Shown here: positions 13,360 through 27,194 of the stretch, in pieces
How positions within the stretch are numbered: the first letter of the stretch is position 1
Layout: each line of letters starts with the position of its first letter
Assembly (NCBI RefSeq): GCF_004010195.1
Contig: NC_057711.1
Location: forward strand, 82,861,237 to 82,925,236
DNA length: 64,000 nucleotides
Source: Chiloscyllium plagiosum
Lineage: Eukaryota
Reading direction: 5' to 3'
Program-made: the position numbers and the translations under genes
Notes under the pieces: model-generated
Database searches by the model: none
What the model was told of the DNA's origin: nothing
The model's input: only the letters and a program-made list of their open reading frames with translations

Positions 13360-14190
13360 CACTGTGCCATTGGGCATCAGTGGTGGAGGGGTTGATTTTT
13401 TTGTAGATATGGTGCCAGTCAAGCAGCTGCTTTGTCCTGGTTCTTGAGAGTTATCAGAGCTGCACTCCAGGAAAGTGGGGAGTATTCTGCCACACTCCTG
13501 ACTAGTGCCTTGTTGGCACTGGATAGGCTTTGAGGACAGGCTTTACTGCTGCCTGTGGGCGGCACGGTGGCACAGTGGTTAGCACTGCTGCCTCACAGCG
13601 CCGGAGACCCGGGTTCAATTCCCGCCTCAGGCGACTGACTGTGTGGAGTTTGCACATTCTCCCCGTGTCTGCGTGGGTTTCCTCCGGGTGCTCCGGTTTC
13701 CTCCCACAGTCCAAAGATGTGCAGGCCATGCTAAATTGCCCGTAGTGTTAGGTAAGGGGTATGGGTGGTTTGCGCTTCGGCGGGTCGGTGTGGACTTGTT
13801 GGGCCGAAGGGCCTGTTTCCACACTGTAATGTAAATGTAATGTAATGAATCAGGAGATGAGTGTAAGATTCCTAACTTCTGATCTACTGTTGTAGCCATA
13901 GTACTTACATGACTAGTCTGGTCAGTGGTAACTCCCAGAATATTGATAATGGGGTTTTCAATAAGAGTGATACAGTTAAATGTCAAGGGGCAATGGTTAT
14001 TACCTATCATTTGTGTGGCACTAATGTTTCTTACCACTTGTCTGGATATCGTCCAGATATTTTTGCATTTGAATATGGATTGTTTCAATATCTGAGAGTT
14101 GCAAGTGTTGCTGAACATTGCCACTTCTGACCTTATGATGGAGGGAAGGTCATTGTTGAAGCAGCTGAAGATGGTTGTGCTAAGAACATT
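13360..14190 (-). mobile_element. Old CR1/L2-group LINE fragment (host of the HE1 copy)
   Basis: ORF 13627-14220 contains TTIFSCFNNDLPSIIRSEVAMF and PIINILGVTTDQ; same family as 39990-40772. Confidence 0.6.
13557..13847 (+). mobile_element. HE1/V-SINE, young
   Basis: gggcggcacggtggcacagtgg (A box), ggttcaattcc (B box), V-domain, CR1-type tail gggcctgtttccacactgtaa and a (tgtaa)n end. Confidence 0.9.
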
Positions 14191-14935
14191 ACCAAGGTAC
14201 AAAAATAGGTGGGAAGGCAAGTAGTGGAGATGGCATAAAGAATTTACAGAGGGATATAGACAAGATAGGCAAATGGGAAAAAGTTTGACAGATGGAATAT
14301 AATGTGGGAAAATGTGGGGTTATGCTTTTTGGCATGAATGAATAGAAGTGCTGAATATTCCCTAAATAGGGAAAGACTACAGAAAACTGCAGAACACATG
14401 GGTTTGGAGCTGTAGTGCATGAATCAGAAAAAGCAAGTATGCAAGTACCTTGGGTAATAGGGAAGGCTAATGGTACGTTGGATTTCATTTCAAAGTGAAT
14501 GAACTGTAAAAATAGAAAGGTTTTGCTAAGTCTGTACAATACATTGTTGAGATTACACCTTCATTACTGTGTACAGTTTTAGTTCCCTTATCAAAGGTAA
14601 GATACACAGGCAATTCAGACAAGATGCACTAGGTCAATGCTGTGCATGAAGTGATTTTCACATAGGAAAGGTTCATTCAGTTGGGTAAGTACTCACTGGA
14701 GTTTAGGGGAATAAAGTATGGAATTCTTTACCATAGAGGGCCACCGAAAGTGGGTCATTTAGTCTATTCAAGGCCAAGATAGACAGATTTCTGATCACTT
14801 GAGAAATAAAAGGTGATGGAGGTAAAGCAGAAAAATGGAGTTGAGGATTATTAGATCAGCCATGCTCTCATTGAATGGCAGAGTGACCTTGATGGGCCAA
14901 TGGTCTACTTCTGTTTCTATGTTTTGTGGTCTTAC
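14190..14935 (+). mobile_element. Decayed CR1 3' region
   Basis: DTKIGG/LQRDID/WQMEYN-like DNA; 3' UTR gatcagccatg..ttgaatggc. Confidence 0.65.
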
Positions 14936-17828
14936 TTTCTTAGGGGTAGATACTGAGGTTGCTCTTAAATTCAAAATTTGATTGTGTGCTTCAAAGGTTT
15001 GGAAACCACTGATCTTCAAGATGTACTGCTGATGTTTAAGGTCCTTAGACAGCACCTTCCAACCCATTCTCACTACCATCTCGGAAGAGCAAGGGAAGCA
15101 GATACACGGGAACACAACCAACTCCAAGTACCTCTCCAAGCCAGACACCTCCCTGCCCTGGAAATATATCATCATTCCTTTAGTGTTACTCGGTCAAAAT
15201 CTTAGAACTCCCTTTCTAGTAGCGTTGTGGATATATACACCAAGTGGACTACAGCAGTTCAAGAAGGCAGCTCACTACGATCATCTTAAGGGCAATGAGA
15301 GATGGTCAATAAATGTGGCTCAGCCAGTTAAGCCCACATCCGTTGAATGAATAATTTCCCAGCAGCATGTAAAATGTTTGGGTATGCTACTATTAGTATA
15401 AAGTTGCTATAGTTCTAAAGTAGCGTAGGGCTGCTTTGCATGATGAGCTTTGTACCTGAGAAACATGCCTTCATTGCTTAAAGTTCTGATCTCATGAACA
15501 TGGGCTGATCAGATTTGTGTGCTTAGAATGGGTGCTGTGACCATTGTAATGAGATGCAAAATTAATTCTGATGTTATCTCCAGTTACTTATAAAAGAACT
15601 ATCTCTGACAGTGCACTGAATATTCAAGTTCTCACAGTCAAAGGAACCAAGGTGACCAGGCGATGAAAAGACTGGTACTCACTGGAATGGTATTCCTGGC
15701 ACAGGCATATATCACAGGGAGTGATCCAAAGATACCACCCAATTCATCAATAGCACTTACTCACTTTGTTAAAGGTATACTGACAGCCCATTAAGGGGCA
15801 TGTTTTCTTTCACTTTGATACTCCCATCTGTGACCAGCTGAGAACAACTGTGACCTCCATGCTCTGTAGAGGACTGCCCACAGTTGCCTCTGCTACTAGT
15901 GCACTGCTTATGACTTAGTAGCAGTTCATCTGATGTGTGTGAGGGTGCAATGAGGTATTGAATCTGTGCTGATAGAGGATGTAGTTGTAAGGTGCATTTT
16001 CTTAGTTCTGATCTTGCTGTTCTTGGCCTACTATTGGTGAGGGAGTTGTTCCATTGCTTGGATATCTACATCTCTGAGAAACATGGGAAAAGATCGTGAG
16101 GACCAGCCTTGTTGAAAATAAATCTCTGCTTTGTTGAAGCTTCCTCCTGCAACTAAGTCTTTAATATGCTTCTGGGCAAGGTGGAGTTCAATGCATCCTC
16201 TTAATGAATTCATCGCACTCTGTAATCACAAACTACTCCTCACGTTTATTTTGCCTTGACTGAAATTTTCATTGTATGTGACCCTGGTGATGTTCATAGC
16301 ATGACACTAATAACATGAAGGCAAGGTCCCTCTACTTCTATGTGGACTTTCTCAAGGATATTTTAGGACTGTTTTTCTTGCAAAAATGAAGGAGAGTACA
16401 GTAAAATACTCCTGGCCTAAATGGCCAATTTTTAAACTATAATGCACAATATTTACCTTTACACACTACCTTTTTTCTGCAGTGAAGAACAGAAGAACTA
16501 AGAGGCGGAGCAGGCACTTCAGCCTTTCGAGCCTGCTGAGCCATTTAATATGATAATAGCTGATCTCATCTTGGACTCAACTGCAGTTTCCCCCACGTTC
16601 TTCATAACCCTTAAACATAATTGAAGCTGCATTCTTAGGAGTCTTTACAAGATATCAGAGCCCTGAATGGGCTCAAAGTGAATCCTCTAACAAAGTTAGT
16701 TGACTCAGATGAAACACTGTGCTCATAATAGTATTTATTGAAGAATGGATATGTATCAATCTCAAGAAGACTCAAAACAGTCTTGTCTCCACATTTGAAC
16801 CAGGAGGCCAGGGTTGAAGTCCCACCTGTTCCAAGGTTGTGCAATAACATCTGTGAACAAGCTGATTAGAAAATATCCAGCACCAATATTTTCACCTGCT
16901 GTCTTGGTTCTCATGTCACTGAGCACTCAAATGTTGAGTTCCTTGGCTGAGATGGTTCTTTTAGAGTCATAGAGGCTTACAGCACAGAAAAAGGTTTTTC
17001 AGCCCATTGAGTCTGCATCAGTCAAAAACAGCCACCTAACTATTTTAATCCCATTTTCCAGCACTTGACTCATAACCTTGTTTGTTTGTGCTTGTAAGAA
17101 AGTGTAGATGATATTGAGATTCATTTTGCAATCTAATAACAATGGTATCAGAATTGGTCTCCTTGATATCTTGTTCCAACCGTCAGTCATATCTGATCAC
17201 TTCGTTAGAATCTCTATTTTCAAAGCTGGAAGTCCTTAGCAGAACTATAATTGATTCATTCCAAGAAGTCAATAAGTGTTCTAGGTTCACACTCTACCCA
17301 TGTTCAAGAAAAGTATGGCCTCAGGCTCTTCAGCTTTTGTATCTGCTGGAAGATGAGCACCCAAAAACTATCTTGCCAAAACATCTGACATAAACTACAT
17401 CAACATTTACAAAACTGATTTAGGATTTTTAAAATATTGCCATAAAGATTTCTAGAAAAGCTGAATGTCCCAATGACGTATTGCAGCATCCACTTGTGCA
17501 TTTATTTGAATGAAATGTAAACCCATATGTTGTGCAGGCAAGTATCATCCATGGCAATTTCTGCATGATGATTCACATCAGATTTAAACTAAATAATTCA
17601 CATTGAAAGTGTAGTGTGTGAGCCCTTGTGTTGCAGTGGTTCTATTCCTACCCCTGAAACCAGGAGCTTTGGGTTCAAGTCCCACCTCCTCCAGTGGTGT
17701 GTAATAACATCTCTGAACTGATCAGAAAGATAAGTTAATTAAAAAAAAGTTTAAATGCAAGTAAAATGCGCACTTGCATTACATTGTTGCTGTGAGGACT
17801 AATCTAAACTTTGATGTTTCAAATACAG

Positions 17829-17959
17829 GTTCCAGCTGCCCATTTGTTAACAGCTTCAGTGATGTCTGCTCCTGCAGCTCTGGCTGTAGCCAAACTGTTT
17901 TGGCCTGAGGTAGAAACTCCAAACATATCAACTAAATCTAACCTCAAGTTGGATAAAGG
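17829..17959 (+). CDS. SLC28A3: CNT3-like internal exon B (131 nt, phase 0/2)
   Basis: cag|GTT...AAAGG|gtcagt. Translates to VPAAHLLTASVMSAPAALAVAKLFWPEVETPNISTKSNLKLDK(G); in frame with exon A. Confidence 0.93.
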
Positions 17960-18076
17960 GTCAGTTTCATTGCTTTTTTCATTGCTACATGAATGTGAAA
18001 GTCATAAAATGTACTGGATGTCCTGTACTTCTGATAAAATAATGAAAGGGAAAAAGGCCTAAGTGCTATAGCTTAG

Positions 18077-18610
18077 AGTCATGGAGATGTACAGCATGGA
18101 AACAGACTCTCAGTCCAACTTGGCCATGCCGACCAGATATCCTAACCTAATCTAGTCCCATTAGCCAGCACTAGGCAATAGCACATATCCCTCTAAATCC
18201 TTCCTATTCATATATCCATCCAGATACCTTTTAAATGCTGTAATGCCTCCACCACTTCCTCTGGCAGCTCATTCCATATAAACACCACCCTCTGCGTGAA
18301 AACGTTGCTCCTCAGGTCACTTTATTTCTATCCCCTCTCACCCTAAACCTATGCCCTCTCGTTCTGGATGCTCCCACGCCAGGGAAAATACCTTGTCTAT
18401 TTATCCTATCCTTGCCCCTCATGATTTTATCAACCTCTTTAAGGTCACCCCTCAGCCTCTGATGGCTCCAGAGAAACAGCCCTAGCCTATTCAGCCTCTC
18501 CGTATAGCTCAAATCCTCCAACCCTGGTGATATCCTTGTAAATCTTTTCTGAAGCTTTTCAAGTTTCACAACATCCTTCCAATAGGAAGGAGACCAGAAT
18601 TGTATGCAAG
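18077..18610 (-). mobile_element. CR1 3' end
   Basis: ORF 18312-18569 KLQKRFTR..RTRGHRFRV; reverse-complement tail agagtcatggagatgtacagcatggaaac. Confidence 0.85.
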
Positions 18611-19808
18611 CTGAAATAAGTTTGGTTAGACTTCTTCTGCACTCATCAATTCAAAAATAATTTGTGACATTATTTATGGAAGTATGAACTGATAATGAAA
18701 TATTTGGACTATTCGTGAACAAATGGACAATTAATATATTTCCCTTAATCAATAAGAATTAAAGATTGAGAACAAAACATAAAGGCAGAGGTAAATTTGA
18801 GTCAAAACAGGTAGAAAAAGAGAAAAAGATTTTAAAAAGGTTGAATTAAAGAGAGAAAAGGACAGACAGGAAAACAACAAAAATATACGAAAAATTTTAA
18901 ATTGTAACTTCTTGAAATCTCTAAGAATTTACTCTTTGCAGGAATGAAACTCTACATTTTAATTTGTTTCCTTTCTGCACTTGAGATGTCGATTTTCTTT
19001 GTATTAACAATTCACAGAAGTGTTACTGTAGAGAAGGAAGCCACTTGACTCATTGTGACTGCACCAGTTCATTAATTGATCACTTTTTCCTGCTTTTTGC
19101 CTGTACCCTTGCACATTACTTTTATCCAAATAATTATCCAATGTCTTCTTGAAAGCCTCAATTGAACCTACCTCTGCCACACTTTAAGGCAATGCATTTC
19201 ATATTCTAACTACATGCTGATTGTGCAAGTTTTTCCTGCATTCGCTCTTCATGATCTTGTTTTTTTACAAGTGAGAACAGTTTCTTCTTACTTTTGAGAA
19301 AGTTATCACTTCTGTTTTCTTCTTCCTTTCCTTCTGTACAGCTGAGCTGCTGCAGTGCCACATTTGTGGCTCTGACTGCATTTCCTTGAGAAGCCAGTGC
19401 CATTACCAGTTTTCAAAATGGGGAATGAATTTTTGAGTGGGACATCAGTTAGCCTATTTACCCTGGACTGGTTGATGGTTGCCCATTCCCTTCCTTTCTC
19501 CAGTCCCTTAAGTTGTAGAGTGATCACCTCTCTCAACATGCTATCCACATTGCTCTCTACCTCACAGACGTACCACACTATTTCCAATTGTTGTTCGAGC
19601 TCTGAAAATCAGAACTCTATTTCAGCTGATTTCAGTTTCAACAATTATCATGGTGCTAAAGGGAAATTTGGAGAGTTGTCATGGCTGCCTGCAGTAGTGC
19701 ACTAGAAATTAAGCTGTGCTGTGCCCAGAGGTGGCACAAAGTTATAGATAGATTTGACCAAAGAATTTTCAACTGTTATACACAATTATTTATCTTTTTG
19801 TTCTGCAG

Positions 19809-19977
19809 TGAAGCAAAAAACATAATAGAAGCAGCCTGTTTAGGAGCCTTTGCATCAATTACTTTGGTGGCAAACATTGCTGTTAACCTTATTGCATTTC
19901 TGGCACTCTTGGCTTTTCTTAATGCTGTGCTCTCCTGGTTGGGAAACATGTTTGGTGAGCCTCGGCTCAGTTTTGAG
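19809..19977 (+). CDS. SLC28A3: CNT3-like internal exon C (169 nt, phase 2/0)
   Basis: ttctgcag|T...GAG|gtaatt; GG+T completes Gly. Translates to EAKNIIEAACLGAFASITLVANIAVNLIAFLALLAFLNAVLSWLGNMFGEPRLSFE. Confidence 0.93.
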
Positions 19978-20329
19978 GTAATTTTCTTTTTTAATTGCAT
20001 TATTTTATCTCATTTGAGGAAATTTGTGATTCTCAAAGACTGAATTCTGTACCTAAAAACTAATTTCTATTTCAAAACACATTGTTTTAAGAATAAAAAT
20101 GTCTTCCTGAATTTTAATAAGTTGTCACCATTACTGAATGTGCACTGATTCTAAATTCACTTTGGCGATGCAGTGCTTATAATTAAGTTATCCTAAACTC
20201 AAAAATTGGTAGATGTTAATTGTGTATCAAATTGTGTTAGTTTATGCAAGTGAAGGGCATGACTTGATATTTCACTTGAACCATAATCTTTGGATTATGA
20301 ATTGTTTTATAGCATATAACTATTGAAAG

Positions 20330-20432
20330 TTGCAATGAAAACAGAAACTCCTGAAAATAGTCAGCTGGTCGGGTAGCATCTTTGGAGAGGGAAATAGATT
20401 CAGTGCTTCAGGTTAATACCCTCTCATCAGAA
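20330..20432 (-). mobile_element. Decayed PLE terminal repeat (family C)
   Basis: Reverse complement starts ttctgatgag.. and continues ctctccaaagatgctacccgaccagctgactattttcagg; similar to 52628-52802. Confidence 0.45.
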
Positions 20433-20508
20433 ATATTTGGCCTTATTTGAAGAGTGAGCTTTCACATTGCTTGCTTGCTCATTTATTTACTGACTCACTC
20501 ACGTATGT

Positions 20509-20548
20509 TCTCTCTTTCTCTCTCACTCTCACACTCTCTCTCTCTCTC
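20509..20548 (+). repeat. Imperfect (TC)n microsatellite
   Basis: tctctctttctctctcactctcacactctctctctctctc. Confidence 0.8.
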
Positions 20549-23500
20549 CTTCATGTAAGAATAAGAAGTCAGTTGGCAGAAAGCCAACTTTACTGGGGCA
20601 AGAATGAAGCTGGGCAAGGTAGACTGGAATGAAAGGTTGGCTTCCTTAAGTGAGGAGAAGGTCAGGTACAGTCAAAGGAAGGTAAGACAATCTCCCAGGA
20701 TGACAAAGATTAAATTTAAGATAAAGAAGACAGATGATATCATGTCAGATAGAAAATATAATTGAGAATCAATAGGAATATAGAAGGTTTAGAGGGGAGG
20801 TGAGAAAACATAATCGAGAAGCGAAGAGCAATTATGAAAAAGACTGGCAGCTAATATAACATCTGCAGGCATAGAGGTAGAAGAATGTTAAAGGATGGAG
20901 TGTGATTGATTAGGGATCAAAAATGGGATTTATACTTTGGAAACACGGAGCATAGCTGAGATATTGAATGAATATTATGTATCTGACTTTACCAAAGAGG
21001 CAAATGCTATTCTGGCTTTGGTGACTGAGAAGGAAACTGTCACTCGAAGAGTTCAGGGTGATGAGGAGGAAGTATTAGACTGTTGCTATTAAAGTTAAAG
21101 CACTAGGACTGGATGAGGTGCAACCAAGTTATTAAAGAAAGTGAGAATGGAGATTGCAAGAGTTCTGGCTGTAATCTCAATTTTGCCTAAACACAGGACA
21201 GGTGCTAGAACAGAATTGCAGTTCTTATGTCCTTGCTCAAAAAAACATAATAATGGTAGGCCCACAAGTTGCAGATGAGTTAGTTTAATTTCAGTGGTGG
21301 GGAAGCTTCTAGAATCAGGATATTTAGTAGTCATAGGTGGTATAATTAAGAAAAGTCAAGATGAAAATTGCACTGATTTCAAGGTTCATGATTTAAGTTA
21401 TCTAGTATTGGTAATTGGTGATTTGTAAGTAATTTTATGATAGCTTATTGAGTTTAAGAAGCAGCAATTTAGATATAATACATTCTTTAATTAGATAAAG
21501 AAAGTATACAACTGTGACAATTGGGAATGGTTCACTGATACCGAAGGAAAAGAAATGTCGGTAAGGAATGTTTTGTCCTCGATAAAGTGGGTGGGGCAAG
21601 ATCCTGCTCTCAAGCCAAGGTGCAAGGGACTTCTTCCCAAGTTTTTCTCCTGTCCTTTTGGTCTGTATTCCATCTGCTTTGTGAGGATTGCTCAGTGAAG
21701 ACTGCTGTCTGGGACTGTCTGATGAGAACCACCCTCTGATTGTATTCCTCGCTGCCCCGGTTCTACTGTATTCTTTGTTCCTGTGCAGCTGTGGATGTGC
21801 TAGCACTGGGTGCATTTTCTGCATGTGGAATCTGCCTCCTGAATCCTCTTGGCCCCTGTGCAGCTTTTCCAGCATGGATTGGCTTCTGTAACTTTCTTAG
21901 TCCCACTTGGAATTGGCCTAGCTCCTGAATATTCCCCCCAGTACCTTGTGGCCTGAGTACTCTCTGAGTCTGGCACTTATTGTTATATCATATATTAGGT
22001 TTTTGCACTTAACAAGAATGACTATTTATTGCAAGTAATTAGACTCTATTTACAAATAATCAGTTATGAAGCGTCAGCACATAGTGTTACAAATTAAAAC
22101 TATAATGCCCTTAAACCCCATCTCACACACACAGACAAATGAACAGATAGGGAAAGACAGGTTATGGACAATTGAAAATTGAGAGGAAGTTCAGTGGTTC
22201 CTATTCCTGAGTTGCTGAGTTGATCCTTATGATTCTTATGCAGGTCGGAATGTTGCCTGATAGTTGCTTTTATTCAGATGCTTCCACTGATTTGCAAAAG
22301 ACACATGGTGGCTAATTCACTTATAAAAAAGGTGTCTGAATGATTAATTAAAAGTCACAGCTTAGAACAATTGCTGAAGGAAAAGTTGAACATATTTTCT
22401 TCAAGTTTATAATGGGCTTTAACTGCAGAGAACAGTGAGAAGGCTGTGCTGATAGAGATCAGAACATTTCTCTGTAACTTGTTTCCAGCCCCAACCTGTT
22501 CAGTTGTCTAAGGACCAATCACATAATTGTTGGCAGGCAAAAGGCTTTTGTAATTGATAACTGGTCTATATATCATGTTTTTAGAGATATGTTATTTCCT
22601 TTGCGCCAATCAATTATAGAGTCATTGAGTTGTACTGCACTAAACTGTATCCCTCTAAACCCTTTCTATTCATGTACCCATCTACACCACCTCTGTGTGA
22701 CAATGTTGCCCAGTTGGCACTTTCAAATCTTTCCCGTAAATTTATGTCCCCTAGTTTTGGACTCCCCTACCCTGAGATTTATTCACCCTATCAATGCCCG
22801 TCATGATTTAATAAACATGTCCAAAGTGACAGCTCAGCCTCTGGTACTCCAGGGAAAATAGCCCAAGCCCATTCAGCCTTTCCCTTTTGCTCAAACCCTT
22901 AACCGTGGCAATATCCTAGTAAATCTTTTCTGAACCCTTTCACAATATCTTTCCTATAGCAGGGCGAGAATTGAATGCAGTATTCCAAAAGTGGCTAATC
23001 AATGTCCTGTACAGGTGCAACATGGTGTCCCAACTCCTATACTCAATGCACTGATCAATAAAGGCAAGTGTACCAAACGCTTATCACAATCAAACCCCTG
23101 GAATCTGATATACCCTTCATTATAGTCGAGGCAGTCTCGGAACTGGAATTATCTGAACTCCTTTGTTTAATGTTCTTTCTAAAACCAAATACAATACTCC
23201 TAAAGGTGTGTTTGGCACCACATAAATTGTTAATGCTAATTCAATGGGCATTGTCACCTCTGTGTTTTCTATAATTCTTCCTTTTCATAGACTGGAAATT
23301 TTGATAGTACTGCTGTAATAGCTATTACATGAAATTTCAGAAGGTGATAAATATAGTGCCACACAACATACTTATGAGAAAAATTATAGCCCATAAAATA
23401 AAAGTGGAATAAAAATTGACCATGTGATAGGAAACCAAGAATAAAGGTCAATAGATATTTTTGGTGATGGAGGAAGGTTTGTAATCCAGTACCCCAGAAG

Positions 23501-23690
23501 TTGGCTTTGGAACTCTTAGATTTCCTGATGTCTGTTACTATCTTTCTCTTGGTGTGCAGCTAACTAAGATCAATTATGAGAGCATAAAAGTGAATTCTGA
23601 GATTAAAATCTTAGAACTCTCTCCTGAAGAGCATTGTGGTCTACCTACAGTACAAAGGTTCAGGAAGGCAGGTCATCACCACCTCCTTAA

Positions 23691-23901
23691 GGAGAAAGTG
23701 AGGACTGCAGATGCTGGAGATCAGAGCTGAAAATGTGTTGCTGGAAAAGCGCAACAGGTCAGGCAGCATCCAAGGAACAGAAGAATCGACGTTTTGGGCA
23801 TAAGCCCTTTCCTGAAGAAGGGCTTATGCCCGAAACGTCGATTCTCCTGTTCCTTGGATGCTGCCTGAGCTGCTGCGCTTTTCCAGCAACACATTTTCAG
23901 C
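23691..23901. mobile_element. Foldback PLE terminal-repeat mini-element (family A) with 16-bp TSD
   Basis: TSD caccacctccttaagg at 23677-23692 and 23902-23917; inverted arms 23726-23809 and 23818-23901; hammerhead-like core at 23812. Confidence 0.88.
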
Positions 23902-24685
23902 CACCACCTCCTTAAGGTCAACTATGAGCAATAAATGCTGGCCAGCCAGCGATGTCCATATCGCATGAGTGAATAAAAATATCATTAGATTAAGAGTTGG
24001 GTAATAGAGATGCAGCAACAGACATTTAAGGAAATATTTCAGAGAACACGATAGAATAATTAAAGATAATACTAAACAAAAAATGTACACAAAGATGGGG
24101 GTAACAGGTCTGAAGATTGGACAGAATATTAGAATAGCAGAAAATGATCAGAAAAGTGATAACAAGGGAAAAATATATTATGAGAGAAAAAAAAGCAATA
24201 AATATAAAAATCAGTAAGAATTTCTAAACCTATTTAAAAAAGAAAATTAGCAATGTGAATGTGAACTACTCATCAACCTGACTTGGACAGGGATGCAGTA
24301 GTAATGTCATTTGACTTGTCGCTGTTGCCAATCAACAGCAGCACATAATCAGCAGCGTGTTGATTTATATAATCTAAACTTGCTATTATCTCTCTGTATA
24401 TTCTGAGCCTGTGTGTCTCTTTCCACTTCACCTGACAAAGGAGCAGTGTTTCAAAAGGTTGTGATTTTAAATATGCCTGTTGGAGTTATCCAATTGTCTT
24501 TTAAAAGTTGTAATTGTACCCATATCCACCACTTCCTCAGAACGTTCATTTCACACATAACTACCTCTGTGTAAAAAATTGCCCTTTATGTCTTTTTTTA
24601 AATCTCTTTCATCTCATCTTAAAATGTATCCCCCCAGTCTTGAAATCTCCAATCCTAGGGAAAAGGCAACTACCATTAACTATAT

Positions 24686-24998
24686 TACATTACTTACAGT
24701 GTGGAAACAGGCCCTTCGGCCCAACAAGTCCACACCGACCCGCCGAAGCGCAACCCACCCAGACCCATTCCCCTACATTTACCCCTTAACCTAGCACTAC
24801 GGGCAACTTAGCATGGCCAATTCACCTAACCTGCACATTTTTAGACTGTGGGAGGAAACCAGAGCACCCCAAGGAAACCCACGCAGAAACAGGGAAAATG
24901 TGCAAACTCCACACAGTTAGTCGCCTGAGCTGGGAATTGAACCCGGGTCTCTGGCGCTGTGAGGCAGCAGTGCTAACCACTGTGCCACCGTGGCGCCC
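24686..24998 (-). mobile_element. HE1/V-SINE
   Basis: Reverse complement closely matches 13557-13847 and 48088-48405. Confidence 0.9.
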
Positions 24999-25951
24999 AC
25001 AATGTGGTCTCTGCTAAGCCTTGTACAGTTGTAACAAAGTGCTGTGTTTGCAAAGTCTGCTTGCAATAAAAGCCAACATGCCATTTGCTTCCTAGCTGCT
25101 TGCTGTGCCTGTATGCTAACTATCTGCGTTCGCTGAATGATCACACTTAAATCTCTTTGGACATTATTGATTACATGTCTTGCACTTTTATGAAATTCCT
25201 CATATTTATTTTTCTGACCAAAGTGAATAACTTTAACAATTCTCCACATTGTAAATCTATCTACCATCCCACTCACTTTACCTGGTTATATCTGTTTGCA
25301 GCCTCTCACCCCACTGCTTTCTTTTCCACCCAACTTTGTATAATTGGCAAAGCTAAACTCATTACTTCTATCTCTCTATCTAAATCCAATTTGCAGAGAT
25401 TATAAATAGCTGAGGTCCCTGCATGTGGTACTCCACTATTCATTCCTGCCCAGTTATACATTCACCATTTATGCCCACTGTCCGCTTTCTGTCTATTATC
25501 CAATCTTCTGTCCTTGCTAATATATTATGTCAATTCCATGAATTCTTATGTTACCTACTACCTTTTTGTACAGTACCTTATTGAATGCCTTTGGAAATTC
25601 AGGCATAATACATTTATTTTTTTCCATTTGCCTTATTATTTGCATCCTCAAAACCTCCAATAAATTTGTCAAACAGGATTTCTCTTTAGTAAAACCATAT
25701 TGACTTGTTCTAATGATTCTTATGTTTTTCTACATGCATTGTTAATGTTGATCATGTTAGACTAACTGGCCTGTGATTCCCAGTTTTCTCTTTTGAAAAG
25801 TTGGTGTAACACTTGCCCACTTCTAATCTGATGGAATTGATTCTCAATTCCATGAAGATCATAGCCGAGTGTGCATCCACTATCTCTGCAGCTATCTCTT
25901 TTAATATCTTAGGGTGTAGTCATCAGATCCCAGCGATTTATTGGATTATAT

Positions 25952-26748
25952 TGCTACGATGTGGAGGATGAACCCCTCTGCTAATTAAAACCAAACACCC
26001 AGAAAAGCTCTCCTCACCTTATAATCTGTTAAAAGTGTGAATGAGGGACCGAGAGATCCTTATTTCCAGTGTTTAAAGAAAACTAACAATTTATTTTCAT
26101 AACTCTAACAGTGAACATTAAACAAAAGCCAATAAGACAATTAATAATAACGGTAAATTAGCACAATCTTTTAAAGTCCACACAGATGGTCTTCTTCTCT
26201 TCCTTCACCCTTCCTTCCTCTTCTTCCCAACTCTGCTGTCTTCTCCTGGGTCGTCTGCTTTCTTTATACTGCAAGTATTTTTTTACAGGGAAAGATACCT
26301 TTTGATTGATAGTACCTTGTGGGAGATTTCTTTTTGAGAGCTTTGAGAGTTCCTTTTAGATGATATATGCTCTCCAGTTTGATGGATAGTTAGCTCTCCA
26401 ACTTTATGGCAGTTGCTCTGACCAATTTTCAAAATGCCCACGTTTTTTATACCCCTAACATTGTTCCCTGTCATGGGTCCAATGTTGTCAACATCATAAA
26501 TTCAAACTCAATTGGGTTTTAGTATCCTGGGCATAATATAAATGAATTAGTTAAATGTGAACGGTTGTCAAAACAGCAACCAAAACTCAGGTATCCATTT
26601 AACAGCCATTTGCTGCATGTATCTATTTGGAACAAACTGTCTCTTAGTTGGTCTGTTCTGAGAGCTGTGGTTGTACTTTAAATTTACTTTAAAATTCAGA
26701 AAATACTTTCTGTCTTAAAGTGAGCATGCACTCTTTCGTCTTTGTGAA
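25952..26748 (-). mobile_element. Probable solo LTR related to the Gmr1-type element
   Basis: Reverse complement ends aaataaattgttagttttctttaaa..cagatta..cttttctgggtgtttggttttaattagcagagggg..cgtagca, like the U5 end of LTR 55983-56655. It interrupts a minus-strand CR1; the right boundary is approximate. Confidence 0.55.
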
Positions 26749-26881
26749 ACTCAATATGTTTTGAGTTTCTCCAATACTTCTCTTTTTTGATAGTAATATT
26801 AGTTTGTGAATGCAGACATTGAGTATTGCTAAAAAACATTTTGTCAAAGATTTTCATTTTGCAGTCATTTCACAAGATTAT

Positions 26882-27194
26882 GGGTGGCACGGTGGCTCAG
26901 TGGTTAGCACTACTGCCTCACAGCACCAGGGACCCGGGTTCAATTCCCACCTTGGGCAACTGTCTGTGTGGAGTTTGCACATTCTCCCTGTGTCTGCGTG
27001 GGTTTCCTCCGGGTGCTCCGGTTTCCTCCCACAATCCAAAGATGTGCAGTTTAGGTGAATTGGCCATGCTAAATTGCCCGTAATGTTAGGTGTAGGGGAA
27101 TGGGTCTGGGTGGTTTGCTCTTTGGAGGTTCGGTGTGGACTTGTTGGGCTGAAGGGCCTGTTTCCACACTGTAGGGAATCTAATCTAATCTAAT
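26882..27194 (+). mobile_element. HE1/V-SINE
   Basis: A/B boxes, V-domain, (taatc)n tail. Confidence 0.9.

Noticed and set aside
13557..13630. tRNA-like sequences with A/B boxes (also 26882, 48088 and others)
   Set aside because: These are SINE heads followed by a V-domain and LINE-like tail, not tRNA genes.
21980..22615. Possible additional solo LTR (tgtta start, antisense aataaa); similar hints at 32210-32960
   Set aside because: No second copy, TSD or clear far boundary in the window.
23721..23921. Recurrent MCCWKS.. peptides on both strands (also 42247, 42539, 62649)
   Set aside because: Translation artefact of the non-coding PLE terminal repeat and its palindromic arrangement.
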